Assembly (NCBI GenBank): GCA_030264375.1
Contig: JASCQW010000109.1
Span: 49,014,470-49,078,469, forward strand
Length of the DNA: 64,000 nucleotides
Direction: 5' to 3'
From: Carcharhinus longimanus
Taxonomy: Eukaryota
Below, piece after piece: positions 13,242-25,318 of the stretch. Each line of letters starts with the position of its first letter. The first letter of the stretch is position 1. Made by a program: the position numbers and the translations under genes. The notes under the pieces are model-generated. The model saw nothing but the letters and a program-made list of their open reading frames with translations. It did no database searches and had not been told where the DNA came from.

Positions 13242-13390
13242 GCACCCAAGAACAGCTTCAACCAGGATCTTGGGTTCATGTCACATATCTGTAACCCCCA
13301 TGACTTGCCTGAACGTGCAACATCTCACTTATTGTCCTGTCTGCAGACAATACACCCCTCTTTAACCTATACACTCACATTGTCTCCACA
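13242..13390 (+). mobile_element. Penelope-like fragment (ORF end and 3' UTR)
   Basis: Matches the reverse complement of about 12220-12370 and the + copy at 41285-41343. Confidence 0.75.
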
Positions 13391-13678
13391 CCATCATAGA
13401 ATCTTATAGTGCAGAAGGAAACCATTTGGCCCATCAAGTTTACACCGACCACAATCCCATCCAGGCCCTATCCCCATAACCCCCATGCATTTACCCTACT
13501 AATCCCCATGACACAAAGAGGCAATTTAGCGTGGCCAATCCAACTAACCCCACATCTTTGGACTGTGAGAGGAAACCCATGCAGGACGAGGAGAATGTGC
13601 AAACTCCACACAGTGACCGAATGCAGGTCCCTGGCACTGTGAGGTAGCAGTGCTAACCACTGTGCCATCATGCCACCC
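13391..13678 (-). mobile_element. HE1-type SINE
   Basis: Reverse-complement head (GCTAACCACTGTGCCA) and tail (CATAGAATC). Confidence 0.82.
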
Positions 13679-14609
13679 TGACAGGTCTATGGTTTACTCT
13701 GCACTGTGTAGAAATTAGATTCCTCTTCCTTCCTTTTCACTTTATTTAGAGAAATATTGGAGACTGACCAGGGATTTATACTCAGACAGCTCTATATGCC
13801 ACATACTTATGCCATGTGCTAATGCCACAGTGCCAACTTGTTTAAAGGGAAGCAATGTTATCTTATTACGTCAGATAAATTCCTTCTTGGTGTCCTGATA
13901 ACCAATAACAACCTGGTTTTATGTAGCACCTTAATAAATGTTCCAAGATGCTTAGCACACAGAGTGAATTGAACTGACTGAAGATTGGCATCTGTGATGC
14001 TGGGAACCTCAGCAGGAGACCGAGATGGATTACACAATCATCGCTTCTGGCTGAAGATGAGTGCAAATTCTTTAGTCCTGTCTTTTGCACTGACTTGCTG
14101 GGTTTGCCACAATCCAGGATAGGGATTTATGTGGAGTTTCCTCGTCGTTTAATTGTCCAGCAGCATTTGTGACTGGATGTAACAGGATAGCGATGTTTTG
14201 GCCTAACCTGTTGTGGGATTCCTTGGCTCTGTAGAATGCTGCTTCTGGTGTTTAACATGCATGTTGTCCTGTGTTGTAGCCTGAACAGTTGATATCTCAT
14301 CTTTAGGTATGCCTGGTGCTGCTGCTGGCATGCTCTTCTGCATTCCTCATTGAGCGAAGGTTGACTGTTTGGCCTCACAGTAATAGTGAGGGATATGCAG
14401 AACCATGAGATTACATTGTAGGTGAAATGCAATTCTCCTACTGATGGCCCACAGTGCCTTGATGCTCCAGATTTGAGCTGGTATATCTGTTCTGAAACAA
14501 TCACATTTTAGTATTGTAATAGTGCCGTGATACAACTTGGAGACTGCAGTGGTCACTCCTCTGCCAAACAAAGGAACACGCCCTTTGACTTACCAATATG
14601 CAGTTTCTA

Positions 14610-15425
14610 TCCCTCTGTTCACCTCCCATTATGTGTCTATCAAGATACACCAAAATCGTTGCTAACATGCCTGCTTCCACCAACCCTACTGACAATGTGT
14701 TCAGGTACCCACCACCCTCTGTGAAAAAATTTCCCTACATATCTCCCTTAAACTTACCACATCTCACCTTAAATCTGTGCCCTCTTGTAGTCGACCTTTC
14801 CACCCAGGGAAAAAGCCTCTGACAATCCACTCCATCTATGCCTCTCATAATGTTGTAGACCTCTCACAGGTCACCTCTCAACCTCCGTCTTTTAAGTGAA
14901 AACAGTCTGAGTTTATCCAACCTCTCAACATGCCTAAAACTCTCCAGACCAGATAACATCCTAGTAAACTTTGCACACTCTCCAAAGCATCCACGACCTT
15001 CTGGTAGTGTGGCGATCAGAACTGCACACAGTATTTGAAATGCGGCCTAACTAAAGTTTTGTACAGCTGTGACATTACTTACCAACTTTTATACTCAGTG
15101 CCCTGGCTGATGAAGACAAGCATGCTGTATGTCTTCTTGACCACCTTTATCCACCAGTATTGCCACTTTCAGGGATCTGTGGGTCTGTACACCCAGAGCC
15201 CTCTTTATGTTAAGGTTCCTAAATGTTCTGTCATTTACTGTATAATTCACATCTGAATTTGGTCTTCCAAAATGCATCACATTATATTTATCTGCATTAA
15301 ACTCCCATCTGCCATTTCTCTGCCCAAGCCTGCAATCTAACTATATCCTATTGTATCCTTTGACAATCCTTGTCACTATTAGCAACTTCCATTAATTTCT
15401 GTCTCTTCAGCAAATTTACTAATCA
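14610..15425 (-). mobile_element. CR1/HER1 LINE 3' fragment
   Basis: Same family as 5783-6182, extending further into the RT (MHFGRPN). Confidence 0.82.
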
Positions 15426-15449
15426 GCGCTAATACGGTTATGGACACTT

Positions 15450-15960
15450 GTATCTGGAGCCACTTACAGGACAGACTGGGTAATGGTGGCATATTTCCTT
15501 CTCTGAAGGACACTAGTGAACGAACACAGAACAAAAATAAAATATAAAAGTGTGCAAAGCATAGGGATGCAACATTGAACTTCTGACTCTCAAAGAATCC
15601 TGAATTTTGAATTCATCATTTGTATTCATCATTTTGATTCTTTAAGTTAAAATTGGTAATAAGCTGAAGAGTATTTCATATCATTGGAAGTGACTATTTG
15701 ACCTCTTGACAAACTAAAAAGCTCCATAGTGCATGGTATTTCTTAGGAAGAGGAAGTGTTTTTTTAGCTTCTCTATACCATTAGTAAACCACTGCTGGTT
15801 TCATGATCATTATTACTCACTATCAGATATATCTCTCTATCAGATATAATAATTGAATTTAAACTCTCCCAGTAGTTGTGGTGGGATTTGAACTTGTATC
15901 TGAAACATTAGTCCAGGCCTCTGGATTACTATTCCAGTAACACCATCACTTTGCTACCAT
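15450..15960 (-). mobile_element. SacSINE1-like fragments (about 15450-15520 and 15780-15960)
   Basis: Reverse-complement core (ATTTCCTTCTCTGAAGGACACTAGTGAAC) and head (TGGATTACTATTCCAGTAACA). Confidence 0.6.
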
Positions 15961-16194
15961 TCCTGTCTTGTATGGGATAGTGCAAGAACGCATAAGTGAG
16001 GTAGAAGATTAGCCACATTCTTATTGAATTTTGGAGCTGGTTAAATTGCCTTCTGTTGCTCTTATTTTCTTATGTGCTTGGGTTGTAAAGATGTTACGTG
16101 ACAAACGCTTAGTTACTAACCTGCTAGTTTATTCCTCAGCTCTTTAAAATCTATTTGAGGACCAATTGTAATTCTCAAGATGTTTGTTTCGCAG

Positions 16195-16424
16195 AGGAAG
16201 CGGGAACGCAGCAGCTCTGTGCTGTGGCAGATGAGGCGACAGCTATTGCTGGAACTAATGGCAATTCTCCCGACGGTTAGTAGTGGTCGCATTGGTGAGG
16301 ATACAGCAGACACCGACATGGAACCTAACATATCTGTGTACTCTGCACTGAAGGAGGAAAATGTGGTGAAGGCTAGCGCAATGCTGCGACTCTACTGTGC
16401 GCTCATGGGAATCGCTGGACTCAA
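16195..16424 (+). CDS. INTS2: INTS2 internal coding exon
   Basis: gcag|AGG...CTCAA|gtacgg, 230 bp. Encodes RKRERSSSVLWQMRRQLLLELMAILPTV...VVKASAMLRLYCALMGIAGL(K) and continues the previous exon. Confidence 0.95.
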
Positions 16425-17021
16425 GTACGGGCTGCGATAATACATAAAAAGCTTCTGGGCAGGGATTATTGTTGAAGGGATATTGTATGTGTCTGCCATA
16501 ACTTACTGAATTATTAAAGAAGGGAACCAGAAGACAGGGTAAAGATGCAAATTCACATTTCACCACTTTTGCAGGTAAATAATTCACAAGTCACACAAAC
16601 TTAAACTTAAATAGCAACATATATTTTAACCCTTTTTTTTCATAGATTGATTATTGCAGAAGATCATTTAGTCTGTTATTGGAATCTGAAAAATCTATAG
16701 TTACATTTGCTGTACGTCTAATTACTTCAGCAATGGGATTTGCCCTCTTATCACTGGTATGATATATATGTATGAAAATGTATACAAAATGGCTCTAGCA
16801 ATGTTGCAACTTCAAACTTTGTCTACAACATTCAGCAGTTGTCTATTTGGGATTGTGGTGTGGGTAATCAAGTTTGTCGGCTCTCGGGTGAAAAGGAGTT
16901 TTGTTGTCACACTTGGCTGATCACTTCTGCTAGAAGTCCAATCTTACCAAGTGTGTAATCAGTAGCACCTTTGTTTTCGGCAGTATAGAATTGTAACGCT
17001 CTGTGTGATATTGTCATCTAG

Positions 17022-17147
17022 GCCAACTGATGAAGAAGCTGAGCAGCTTTTACAGCTAATGACAAGCCGCCCACCAGCAACTCCAGCTGGCGTACGCTTT
17101 GTGTCCCTGTCCTTCTGCATGCTGCTGGCATTCCCCAGTTTAGTCAG
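17022..17147 (+). CDS. INTS2: INTS2 internal coding exon
   Basis: ctag|G CCA ACT...GTC AG|gtaag, 126 bp, phase 2/2. Encodes PTDEEAEQLLQLMTSRPPATPAGVRFVSLSFCMLLAFPSLV(S). Confidence 0.95.
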
Positions 17148-17639
17148 GTAAGTCAGAGGTCTACAGTTGGTTACAAAAGATAGCCTAAACCATATATATT
17201 TTATCTTTTGGTTTATGGTGTCATTTCAATCCCTTGACTTCATATAATAACTTATTTGCTTTCTTCAACTACAAACTGACAAGTTAATGAATAAAATGTT
17301 CCACTGAGTAGCAGATAAGAAGCATGCTGCTGAAATCATGCAACAAAATAATGGTTTACCTGTCACTTGTTTTCATTTATAAAGTAACCTGATTGGGGGC
17401 AAAAATAAACATAGTTCTTCATAAATACCTTATTCCTGTGGGGGTAAGCTATTGTTCAAGGTGAGCTAATGTATTCTGTTAAATATAAAGGAAAGGGCCC
17501 TTAATCAAAGAAACAGCAGCCAGGGAGACAAAACAGGAAAAAAAAGTTGGCACAAGAAATATGATCCAGATTGGAAGATGCGGGGAGTGTGGATACTGGG
17601 AATTCTGCCTGGAGGGACTCTGAACACTGTAAGCTGGGA

Positions 17640-18230
17640 CATGTTCAGCTGAACAAGACAATGAAGAACATCCAACAGGAGCAATCCAACAAATACAAAT
17701 TGACTACCAATGCAACATTGCGCCATGTGCAACATTGCAATCCATCATGAAACTAGCACAGTATGATAGCTAGAAAGCATACAATGCGTACAAATTCGGA
17801 CCTGTCACTGATAGAAGACGTCACCCACCCACCCAGCAAATGCCTCATCTCAAGGTGACCTATCTGGACCAGTGTGCCTGAGCCAGGCAATTCTACAAAG
17901 GACCGGTGGCACAGCACCAACAAGCAAAGCCCAGAATCATCATCTGGTTGATGATTCCATGTGGGAAATCCCAGGCTTCAACCTTCTGTACGGCATGTGG
18001 GTCAAACTGAACAGGTGTCTCACTGGAATTGGACCCTGTCCCATCAACCACTTCCCCTGGTGACTATGATCACCCCTGTGAAACTGCTGAAGTGCAAACC
18101 ATGGTGCATTAAATCGACAAGTGCCCCGGTGCTTCAGTGGCAGCCTCACTGCCCTACACCAGGCTGATGAGACTGCCAACTGGCGGAAGAATTTCAAATT
18201 TGTCATCTAGCTGTTCATCAGTGCATAAGT
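17640..18230 (+). mobile_element. Vingi/Ingi-like LINE 3' fragment
   Basis: NHHLVDDSMWEIPGFNLLYGMWVKLNRCLTGIGPC resembles the C-terminus at about 36850-36960. Confidence 0.6.
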
Positions 18231-18569
18231 ACAAGATTGAACTGCATGGTGAAATAATTGCCTGGTTCATATAAAGCAAATAATCTCTTCAGCGTGGTAC
18301 TTCACTAAGCTGCCAAAGGGAGGGCAAATCAATCTCAAATGAATTCCAGTTGCCTGATCGCAGCATGATGTGAACTACAGGCTGAGAATAGGTTGCTTTT
18401 CTGGTTAAAGTATGATGTGTGGACCAGGAACCCAATAGAGATAGGTCTAAGAACAAAATGCTTTGCAGAAGCTTGGATCCATTAGGAAGTTAGAATTCTG
18501 TAAAGATTTCAAAAAACACACACACATTCCACAGCGAGTAGGGAGCAAAATTTGGTTATTTTATCGTGG

Positions 18570-18950
18570 GAGGCTGTGGCATAGTGGTATTGTCACTAGA
18601 CTAATAACCTAAATACCCAAGATAATACTCTGAAGACCCAGATATGAATCCCTGCATGGCAGTTGATGGAATTTGAATTCACTGAAAATCCGGAATTAAA
18701 AATCTATTTCCTCATTGTCAACGTTTGTCATAAGAACCATCTACTTCGCTAATGTCCTTTAAGGAAGGAAATCTGCCATCCTGAACTGGTCTGGCCAACA
18801 TGTAACTCCAGACCCACAGCAATGTGGTTTACACTGAAATTCCTCTGAAATGGCCTAGCAAGCCATTCAGCTCAAGGGCATTCAGAGATGGGCAACAAAT
18901 GTTGACCTTGCCAGTGATTTCCACATTCCATGAAAGAACTGTTTAAAAAA
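18570..18950 (+). mobile_element. SacSINE1-like DeuSINE
   Basis: tRNA-like head TGGCATAGTGG, Deu-like core GGAAGGAAATCTGCCATCCT...GGTCTGGCC, tail shared with the CR1-like LINE at about 52520-52600. Confidence 0.75.
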
Positions 18951-20372
18951 AATCACAGCCAAGCTAAGCACAGAAGAACATAAACCAGAGGAAGTGTCGT
19001 GCACAGGCCACCAAGTGATTGGATTGGAGTATCACTGACTGATGTATGGGCTGAGTCAACCATTCATGTTCTTTATGCAGAGCCCAAGAGTTCTCATTCT
19101 ATGACTAGGCCAAACAGAAACTCTGCCCCCAAAAAGATTTGCAGATGTGGTTACGAGTATGTGAGATGGACGGCCGCAGGTACAAAATGGCTGAATGGCT
19201 CCTTCTCCAGAACTGAATAAATGAGCAAGTAGCATCTGCTTCTCATAGCTTAGGCAAGGCTAGTGTGAAAATTGGGAGGGGAACTTGCAGGTGATGGTAT
19301 TCTTATGCACGTGCTGCTCATGTCCTTTTAGGTGGTAGAACTTGCAGGTTTAAAAAGGTGCTGTCGATGAAATCTTGGTGAATTGTGCAGTGTATTTTGT
19401 GTGTGTACAGTGATGGAGGGAATAAATTTTGATGATGATGGATGGGATGTCAATCAAGCGGGCTGCTTTGTCCTAGGTTGTGTCGAGTTTTTTGAGTGTT
19501 GGAGCCGCACTCATCCAGAGAAGTGGAGGCTATTCTGTCATATGCCTGATTTGTGTCTTGTAGATGCAGGACAGGCTTTGGGGAGTCAGGAGGTGACTGC
19601 AAGTGACTGTGTCAGGTTAATGCTTGTCTAGTCTGTAGGCCAGCTCAGCCAATTTTGGCCCATGACCCCAAATGTTGAAAAGGAGGGCTGATGGGGCTTA
19701 GTGTGCCTAGATCAAAGCAGGTGGTCTTCCAATTTCATTTTTTTTTCTTTCTTTAGTTTATTCATTCGCATGAAGTGAGCTTACTGGCAAAGGCCAGTGT
19801 CTCTTTGCAATACTTTTACCACCTTTGAGAATGTGATGGGAAGTTGCCTCCTTGAAGCTGCAGTCTGTGCAGTGAAGGTACTCCCATAGGGCTCATGGAG
19901 AGAAAGTTCCAACATGCCAGCGATTTCCACACAATGGATGGTGTGGTGATTTGGAGGGGAGCTTGCTGGTGTTCCCATATGCCTGCTGCCCTTGCTTTTC
20001 AAGACAGTCGGTCTGGAAGATGTTGTCAGAGAAGTTACTATAGTGCATCCTATAGATTCCTAGACAACTCTCCTCCCTCATGCTGCACTGCAATAAATTT
20101 GTGTTGATCAGCTTCTGGTTGTTTCTTGGGAAATTGATGGTGCCTTTTGCCAACCTAAAAAGAATTACACTTGTTTTAGAAAAGTAATTCATTGTTGGGA
20201 GTGTTTGAGATGTTTCGACTGAATAAGTCTTGCATAAATATAACATTATTAAATGACCAATGATGTGTGGCAAGGAATAACTTCAGTAGCACAGGAAAAA
20301 ACAGAAAATGTTAATTGTGCAGGTTTGATCCCTACATTCAGAGCTTAATATTTCAGTTAATTGTGTTTGCAG

Positions 20373-20444
20373 CACACCTGAACAAGAGCAAATGACTGTG
20401 ATGTGGTTAAGCTGGATGATTAGAGAGGAGGCATATTTTGAGAG
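20373..20444 (+). CDS. INTS2: INTS2 internal coding exon
   Basis: tgcag|C ACA CCT...GAG AG|gtgag, 72 bp. Encodes TPEQEQMTVMWLSWMIREEAYFE(S). Confidence 0.93.
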
Positions 20445-20831
20445 GTGAGATTCAATGTTGGGTACGTGCTTTCTGTGGTATTTCTACCTTTCATTTTAAA
20501 ATCAGGTTTTGGGTTAGATTTTTCAACTGGTGTAAAGTTGACCGGGAATGGCTGGTGTATTGGGTTTTCCCCAAGCTATTACATAGCACACTTCCAAATA
20601 GCCAATTCAAGCAACTTCAACTTGGCCTGGGAGTAGCCTTCTAGCTCATATTGTATCAAATCTGTCGAACATGCAATGGGGAATGATGAAAAACTGAATA
20701 GGAAAATACTTCAGTGAAGTGATTTTTGTTTTATCTGTCTGAGCTAGGTTCAGCAATAGGTCATATGTTCAAAGTTTACACACAGTGTTGATATGAAGTG
20801 AAGTAACAGTGTTTTCTCATGTAATTTCAAG

Positions 20832-20946
20832 CACCACAGGGGTATCGGCTTCATTTGGTGAGATGCTGCTATTGGTTGCAATGTACTTCCATAGCAACCA
20901 ACTCAATGCCATCATTGACTTGGTCTGTTCCACACTGGGTATGAAG
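20832..20946 (+). CDS. INTS2: INTS2 internal coding exon
   Basis: ttcaag|C ACC ACA...ATG AAG|gtaagt, 115 bp. Encodes TTGVSASFGEMLLLVAMYFHSNQLNAIIDLVCSTLGMK. Confidence 0.95.
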
Positions 20947-21500
20947 GTAAGTCTGACCCCCATCCTTTTTTATTGCATTAGTTCACAGGATTTGAGAAAA
21001 CTAAAGCAGTTAGCCATAAGTATTTTAATTTGTTTCAGGGGATGTTTAATCACACGTTCTCATTCTTCAATTAGGGCTGCCCATCATTTGTAAGTGATCT
21101 GATCTATGCGGCAGCTAAAACTGTCATAGTCACGAGTGCACATGCAACATACAAACAGGGGCCAAAGATCCCTACCAATGTGTTCGGCTGTAATATTGGA
21201 GCAGATGTTGAAATTCGGCAGTGCTGTGGTTGTTAATATCAAGAATTTCCAGCTGTTTGTGATGAATATTGAACAAGTAGAATACAGAAGAATGAAAAAC
21301 GTTTGGTATGTTTTTATGCTAAATTGAATCTGGCAGGAAGGAAGCAGAAGTGATATTTTAGGACATGACAATAATGTGCTGTCATCAAATGGTAAAAACT
21401 CAAGATGTGCTTGGGAGTTTCCTTGTTGCAAGTTCTTGATTGAGCTTGTCCCATTGTGATGAAAAATTGAGGGGGGGTGGGTGGGGGTTGGGGGGGGGTG

Positions 21501-21600
21501 NNNNNNNNNNNNNNNNNNNNNNNNNNNNNNNNNNNNNNNNNNNNNNNNNNNNNNNNNNNNNNNNNNNNNNNNNNNNNNNNNNNNNNNNNNNNNNNNNNNN
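21501..21600. other. 100-N assembly gap (others: 4207-4216, 24538-24637, 29985-29999, 31387-31486, 37176-37507, 41344-41443, 53948-54047)
   Basis: N runs. Confidence 0.99.
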
Positions 21601-22105
21601 GGATGGAGGAGTGGACCAGGTGCCCCAAAGGGAGCAGACCCTGCGGAATGCTGACAGGGAGGGGGGGAAGTGGAAGATGGTGGCATCATCGAGGTGTTGG
21701 CAGCATTGGTGGAGGATAGATGCAGGATGCCTCTTTAGCTCTCCCCTCCTCACCGTTCGAGACCCCAAATACTCCTTTCAGGTGAGGCAGCATTCCCTTC
21801 AGGTTGGTTTACTGTATTCGCCCCTCCCATTGCAGCCTCCTGTACACTGGGGAGATGAAACACAGACTGGGTGACCGCTTTGCAAAACACATTCGCTCTG
21901 TCCACAGACGTGGCCTCAACTTTCGTGTTGTTTGCTGATTCAACTCAGCATTGTGCTCTTGTGCCTGCATATCCATCCTCAGCCTGCTGCAATGCTCTAA
22001 TGAATCTCAACGGAAACTGGAGGAGCAGTGCTTCTTCTTCTGATTAGGCATGTTACAGCTCTCAGAACTCAACATTGCGTGTAACAACTTTAGTCTGTGA
22101 CCATT
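21601..22105. mobile_element. Second Penelope-like family: - strand piece (21601-21730) next to + strand GIY-YIG piece (21750-22105)
   Basis: Minus: FPPSLSAFRR. Plus: degenerate YTGEMKHRLGDRFAKHIRSV...SILSLLQCSNESQRKLEEQ...LNIACNNF. Confidence 0.72.
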
Positions 22106-22206
22106 CTCCTCCATCTCAACCTTTTTTAAATATCCCAGTTTTTTTTACCCCAAAGCAGAAACCCTCCCTCCCCCTCCCCCACTAGGCCATCTGTCACTTG
22201 TTCTTA

Positions 22207-22518
22207 TCATAGAATCCTACAGTGTAGAAGGCGGCCATTCGGCCCATCGAATCTGCACTGACCACAATCCCAACCAGGCCCTATTCCCAAAACCCCATGC
22301 ATTTACCTTAGCTTGTACCCCTGACACTAAGGGCAATTTAGCATGGCCAATCCACCTAACCTGCGGATCTTTGGACTGTGGGAGAAAACCGGAACACCCG
22401 GAAGAAACCCACACAGACACGGGGAGAATGTGCAAACTTCACACAGACAGTGACCCAAGCTGGGAATCGAATCCGGGTCCCTGGCACTGTGAGGCAGCAG
22501 TGCTAACCACTGTGCCAC
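22207..22518 (-). mobile_element. HE1-type SINE, near full length
   Basis: Well-preserved head with box A and box B, V-domain and CR1-type tail. Confidence 0.88.
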
Positions 22519-22656
22519 CTAGCATGCTTTGTTTAATTGGTCAAAACATTGAATACAGGAGTTGGGACGTCTTGTTGAAGCTGGACAAGACATTGGTAAG
22601 GCCACACTTGGAATACTGTGTACAGTTCTGTCCGGCATGTCCCATGTTTGTCTTCT

Positions 22657-23775
22657 GAGGAGGTCAGTGTGGTTTCTCGCTGTGATGTGTCGGAACTGTT
22701 GCTCGACTCATCGAGTGCCATATCCTGTTCTTAATGAGAGCATCTTTCAGCGTCTGGAGGTGTCTGTTGCAATCCTCCTCATCTGAGCAGATCCTGTGTA
22801 AATGGAGGGCTTGTCCATAGGGGATGGCTTCTGTAATGTGTTTAGGGTGGAAGCTGGAGAAGTGGAGCATCGTGAGGTTATCTGTTGGCTTGCGGTACAG
22901 TGAGGTGCTAAGTTGACCGTCCTTAATGGAGATGTGTGTGTTCAAGAATGTAACCGATTCCAGAGAATAGTCCATGGTGAGTCTGATGGTGGGGCGGAAC
23001 TTGTTGATGTTATCATATAGTTTTTCAGTGATTGTTTGCCATGAGTCCAAAGGAAGAAAATGTCATCGATGTATCTAGTGTATAGCATCGGTTGAATGTC
23101 CTGTGCGGTGAAGATGTCTTGTTCGAGCCTGTGCATGAAGATGTTAGCATGTTGAGGTGCAAATTTGGTCCCCATGGCTGTTCCGTGTGTCTGGATGAAG
23201 AACTGGTTGTTGAAGGTGAAGACGTTGTTGTCCAGGACGAAGCAGATGAGTTTCAAAATTGCATCTGGAAACTGGCAGTTGTCGGCGTTGAGTACTGAGG
23301 CAGTTGCAGCAATGCCATCGTCATGGGGGATGTTGGTGTAGAGCGCCGAGACATCCACTGTGACGAGGAGTGTCCCTGGTTCAACTGCTCCACGTGTGCT
23401 GCGTTTCTGTAGGAAGTCCATAGTGTCGCGACAAAAGCTGGGGGTTCTTTGTACAATGGGTTTAAGGATGTACTTGACGTGGCCGGAGAGGTTCTCGCAT
23501 AGGGTCCCATTGCCCGATATGATGGGACTGCCGCTGTGTTTGCCTTCAGGAGTCAGTAGAGACCTCCAACACGGGAAGTACATGGGATGAGGGCATGGAG
23601 GGTGCTCTGAAGGTCCGGATCAAAGATCTTGATCAGAGTGTTGAGTTGACGGGTGTGTTCTTTGATCAGATCTGCGGGTAACTGTCTGTAGTGTTCCCTG
23701 TTGTTCAGTTAGTCGGTACACTTCTTTGCAATAATCCGTTCTGTTCAGTATGATGATGGCTCCTCCCTTGTCTTC
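22657..23775 (-). mobile_element. Penelope-like reverse transcriptase fragment, frameshifted
   Basis: LVTVDVSALYTNIPHDDG, QTHGTAMGTKFAP, YTRYIDDIFFLW, TSLYRKPTD...SSFHPKH...AIPYGQA. Confidence 0.9.
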
Positions 23776-24414
23776 CCTTGCTTTTGCCACTTTTCCCCAT
23801 TGCAAGCCTGCCCCTGTATCCTATGTGCACCCATGCCACCCATAGGATACTGCCAATGCTTGAAGATTTGATCTCACAACAAGTGCTTCCAGTATATCAT
23901 GTGCTACGTGCAAGGAGTGTCATACAATATTAATGAGCTGACCATACATTATCGAGTGATGTCAGCTTATTTCTGTGGAAGCAAGGAAAGTACCTAACCA
24001 GCGGGCTCTCCGGTGGCATTGTGTGGGAACCGCACTAATGCAGGCCCCCATTCTCCCAGCCATCAACAATATGAGGCTGTACTTTTGGTATTACGATGGG
24101 AAAATTTGTGATGCATCACAGTCAAATATCTAGTAAATGACTATATTATTGTTTGACATTCTAGATGTTTCCCTCTCCTCAACTCCCTGTTTTTTTCCTT
24201 CAATTAAGCGTTGGAAATCAAAAACATACATTGGAATTTTCCCATCCCATCAATCGCAGGAATCAAGGAGGGTGGAGGGTGGACCATGCAAAAATCTGTT
24301 GAGCTCAGGTGGGATTTTTGGGTTTTGGGGTGAACGTGGTGGGAAAATCCCACCCATAATATTCAATTCCTGTCATAAACTTCAATTCCTTTGATATCCA
24401 TTCATCGCCATCCC

Positions 24415-24990
24415 TAATGCTGCAACTTTATAAGACCCTTGTCAGACCCCACTTAGAGTGCTGTGCGCAGTTCTGGTCGCCTCACTACAGGAAGGATGTG
24501 GAGGCTATTGAGAGGGTGCAGAGGAGATTTACAAGGANNNNNNNNNNNNNNNNNNNNNNNNNNNNNNNNNNNNNNNNNNNNNNNNNNNNNNNNNNNNNNN
24601 NNNNNNNNNNNNNNNNNNNNNNNNNNNNNNNNNNNNNAGAGGTTTATAAAATGTTGAGAGGAATAGATAGGGTGGATTCTCGGAGGCTATTTCCCAGGGC
24701 TGAAATGGTCACTATGAGAGGACACGGGTTTAAGGTGCTGGGAAGCAAGTACAGAGGAGATGTTAGGGTTGAGATTTTCACTCAGAGGGTGGTGAGTGAG
24801 TGGAATCGGCTGCCGTCGGTGGTGGTAGAGGCGAACTCGCTGGGTCTTTTAAAAGACTTCTGCATGAGTATATGGGATTTAATGGGATTGGGAGTTACAG
24901 ATAGTTCTATGGCCTGGTAAGTATGGATATGATTGGTGCAACTTGTGGGCCGAAGGGCCTGTTTGTGCTGTAGTGTTCTATGTTCTAATA
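24415..24990 (+). mobile_element. CR1/HER1 LINE 3' fragment spanning a gap
   Basis: MLQLYKTLVRPHLECCAQFWSPHYRKDVEAIERVQRRFTR...WNRLP. Confidence 0.9.
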
Positions 24991-25026
24991 CTGTCTTCAG
25001 CTTAACCAAGTTGCTTATGATCTCAT

Positions 25027-25318
25027 GGGTGGCATGGTGGTACAGTGGTTAGCACTGCTGTCTCATTGCACCAGAAACCCAAGTTTGATTCTCGGCTTGG
25101 GTCACTATCTGTGCAGAGTCTGCACATTCTCCCCATCTCTGTGTGGGTTTCCTCCTGCTGCTTCAGTTTCCTCCCACTTGCTGGTTGGGTGCATTGGCCG
25201 TGCCAAATTCTCCCTCAGTGTACCCGGACAGGCACCAGAGTGTGGCAACTAGGGGATTTTCAAGTAACTTCATTGCAGTGTTAATGTAAGCCTACTTGTG
25301 ACACTAATAAATAAACCT
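25027..25318 (+). mobile_element. HE1-related SINE with alternative 3' tail
   Basis: Head plus tail CATTGCAGTGTTAATGTAAGCCTACTTGTGACACTAATAAATAAAC. Confidence 0.83.

Noticed and set aside
22440-22518. tRNA-like box A and box B motifs
   Set aside because: SINE heads without a complete cloverleaf; no true tRNA gene is supported.
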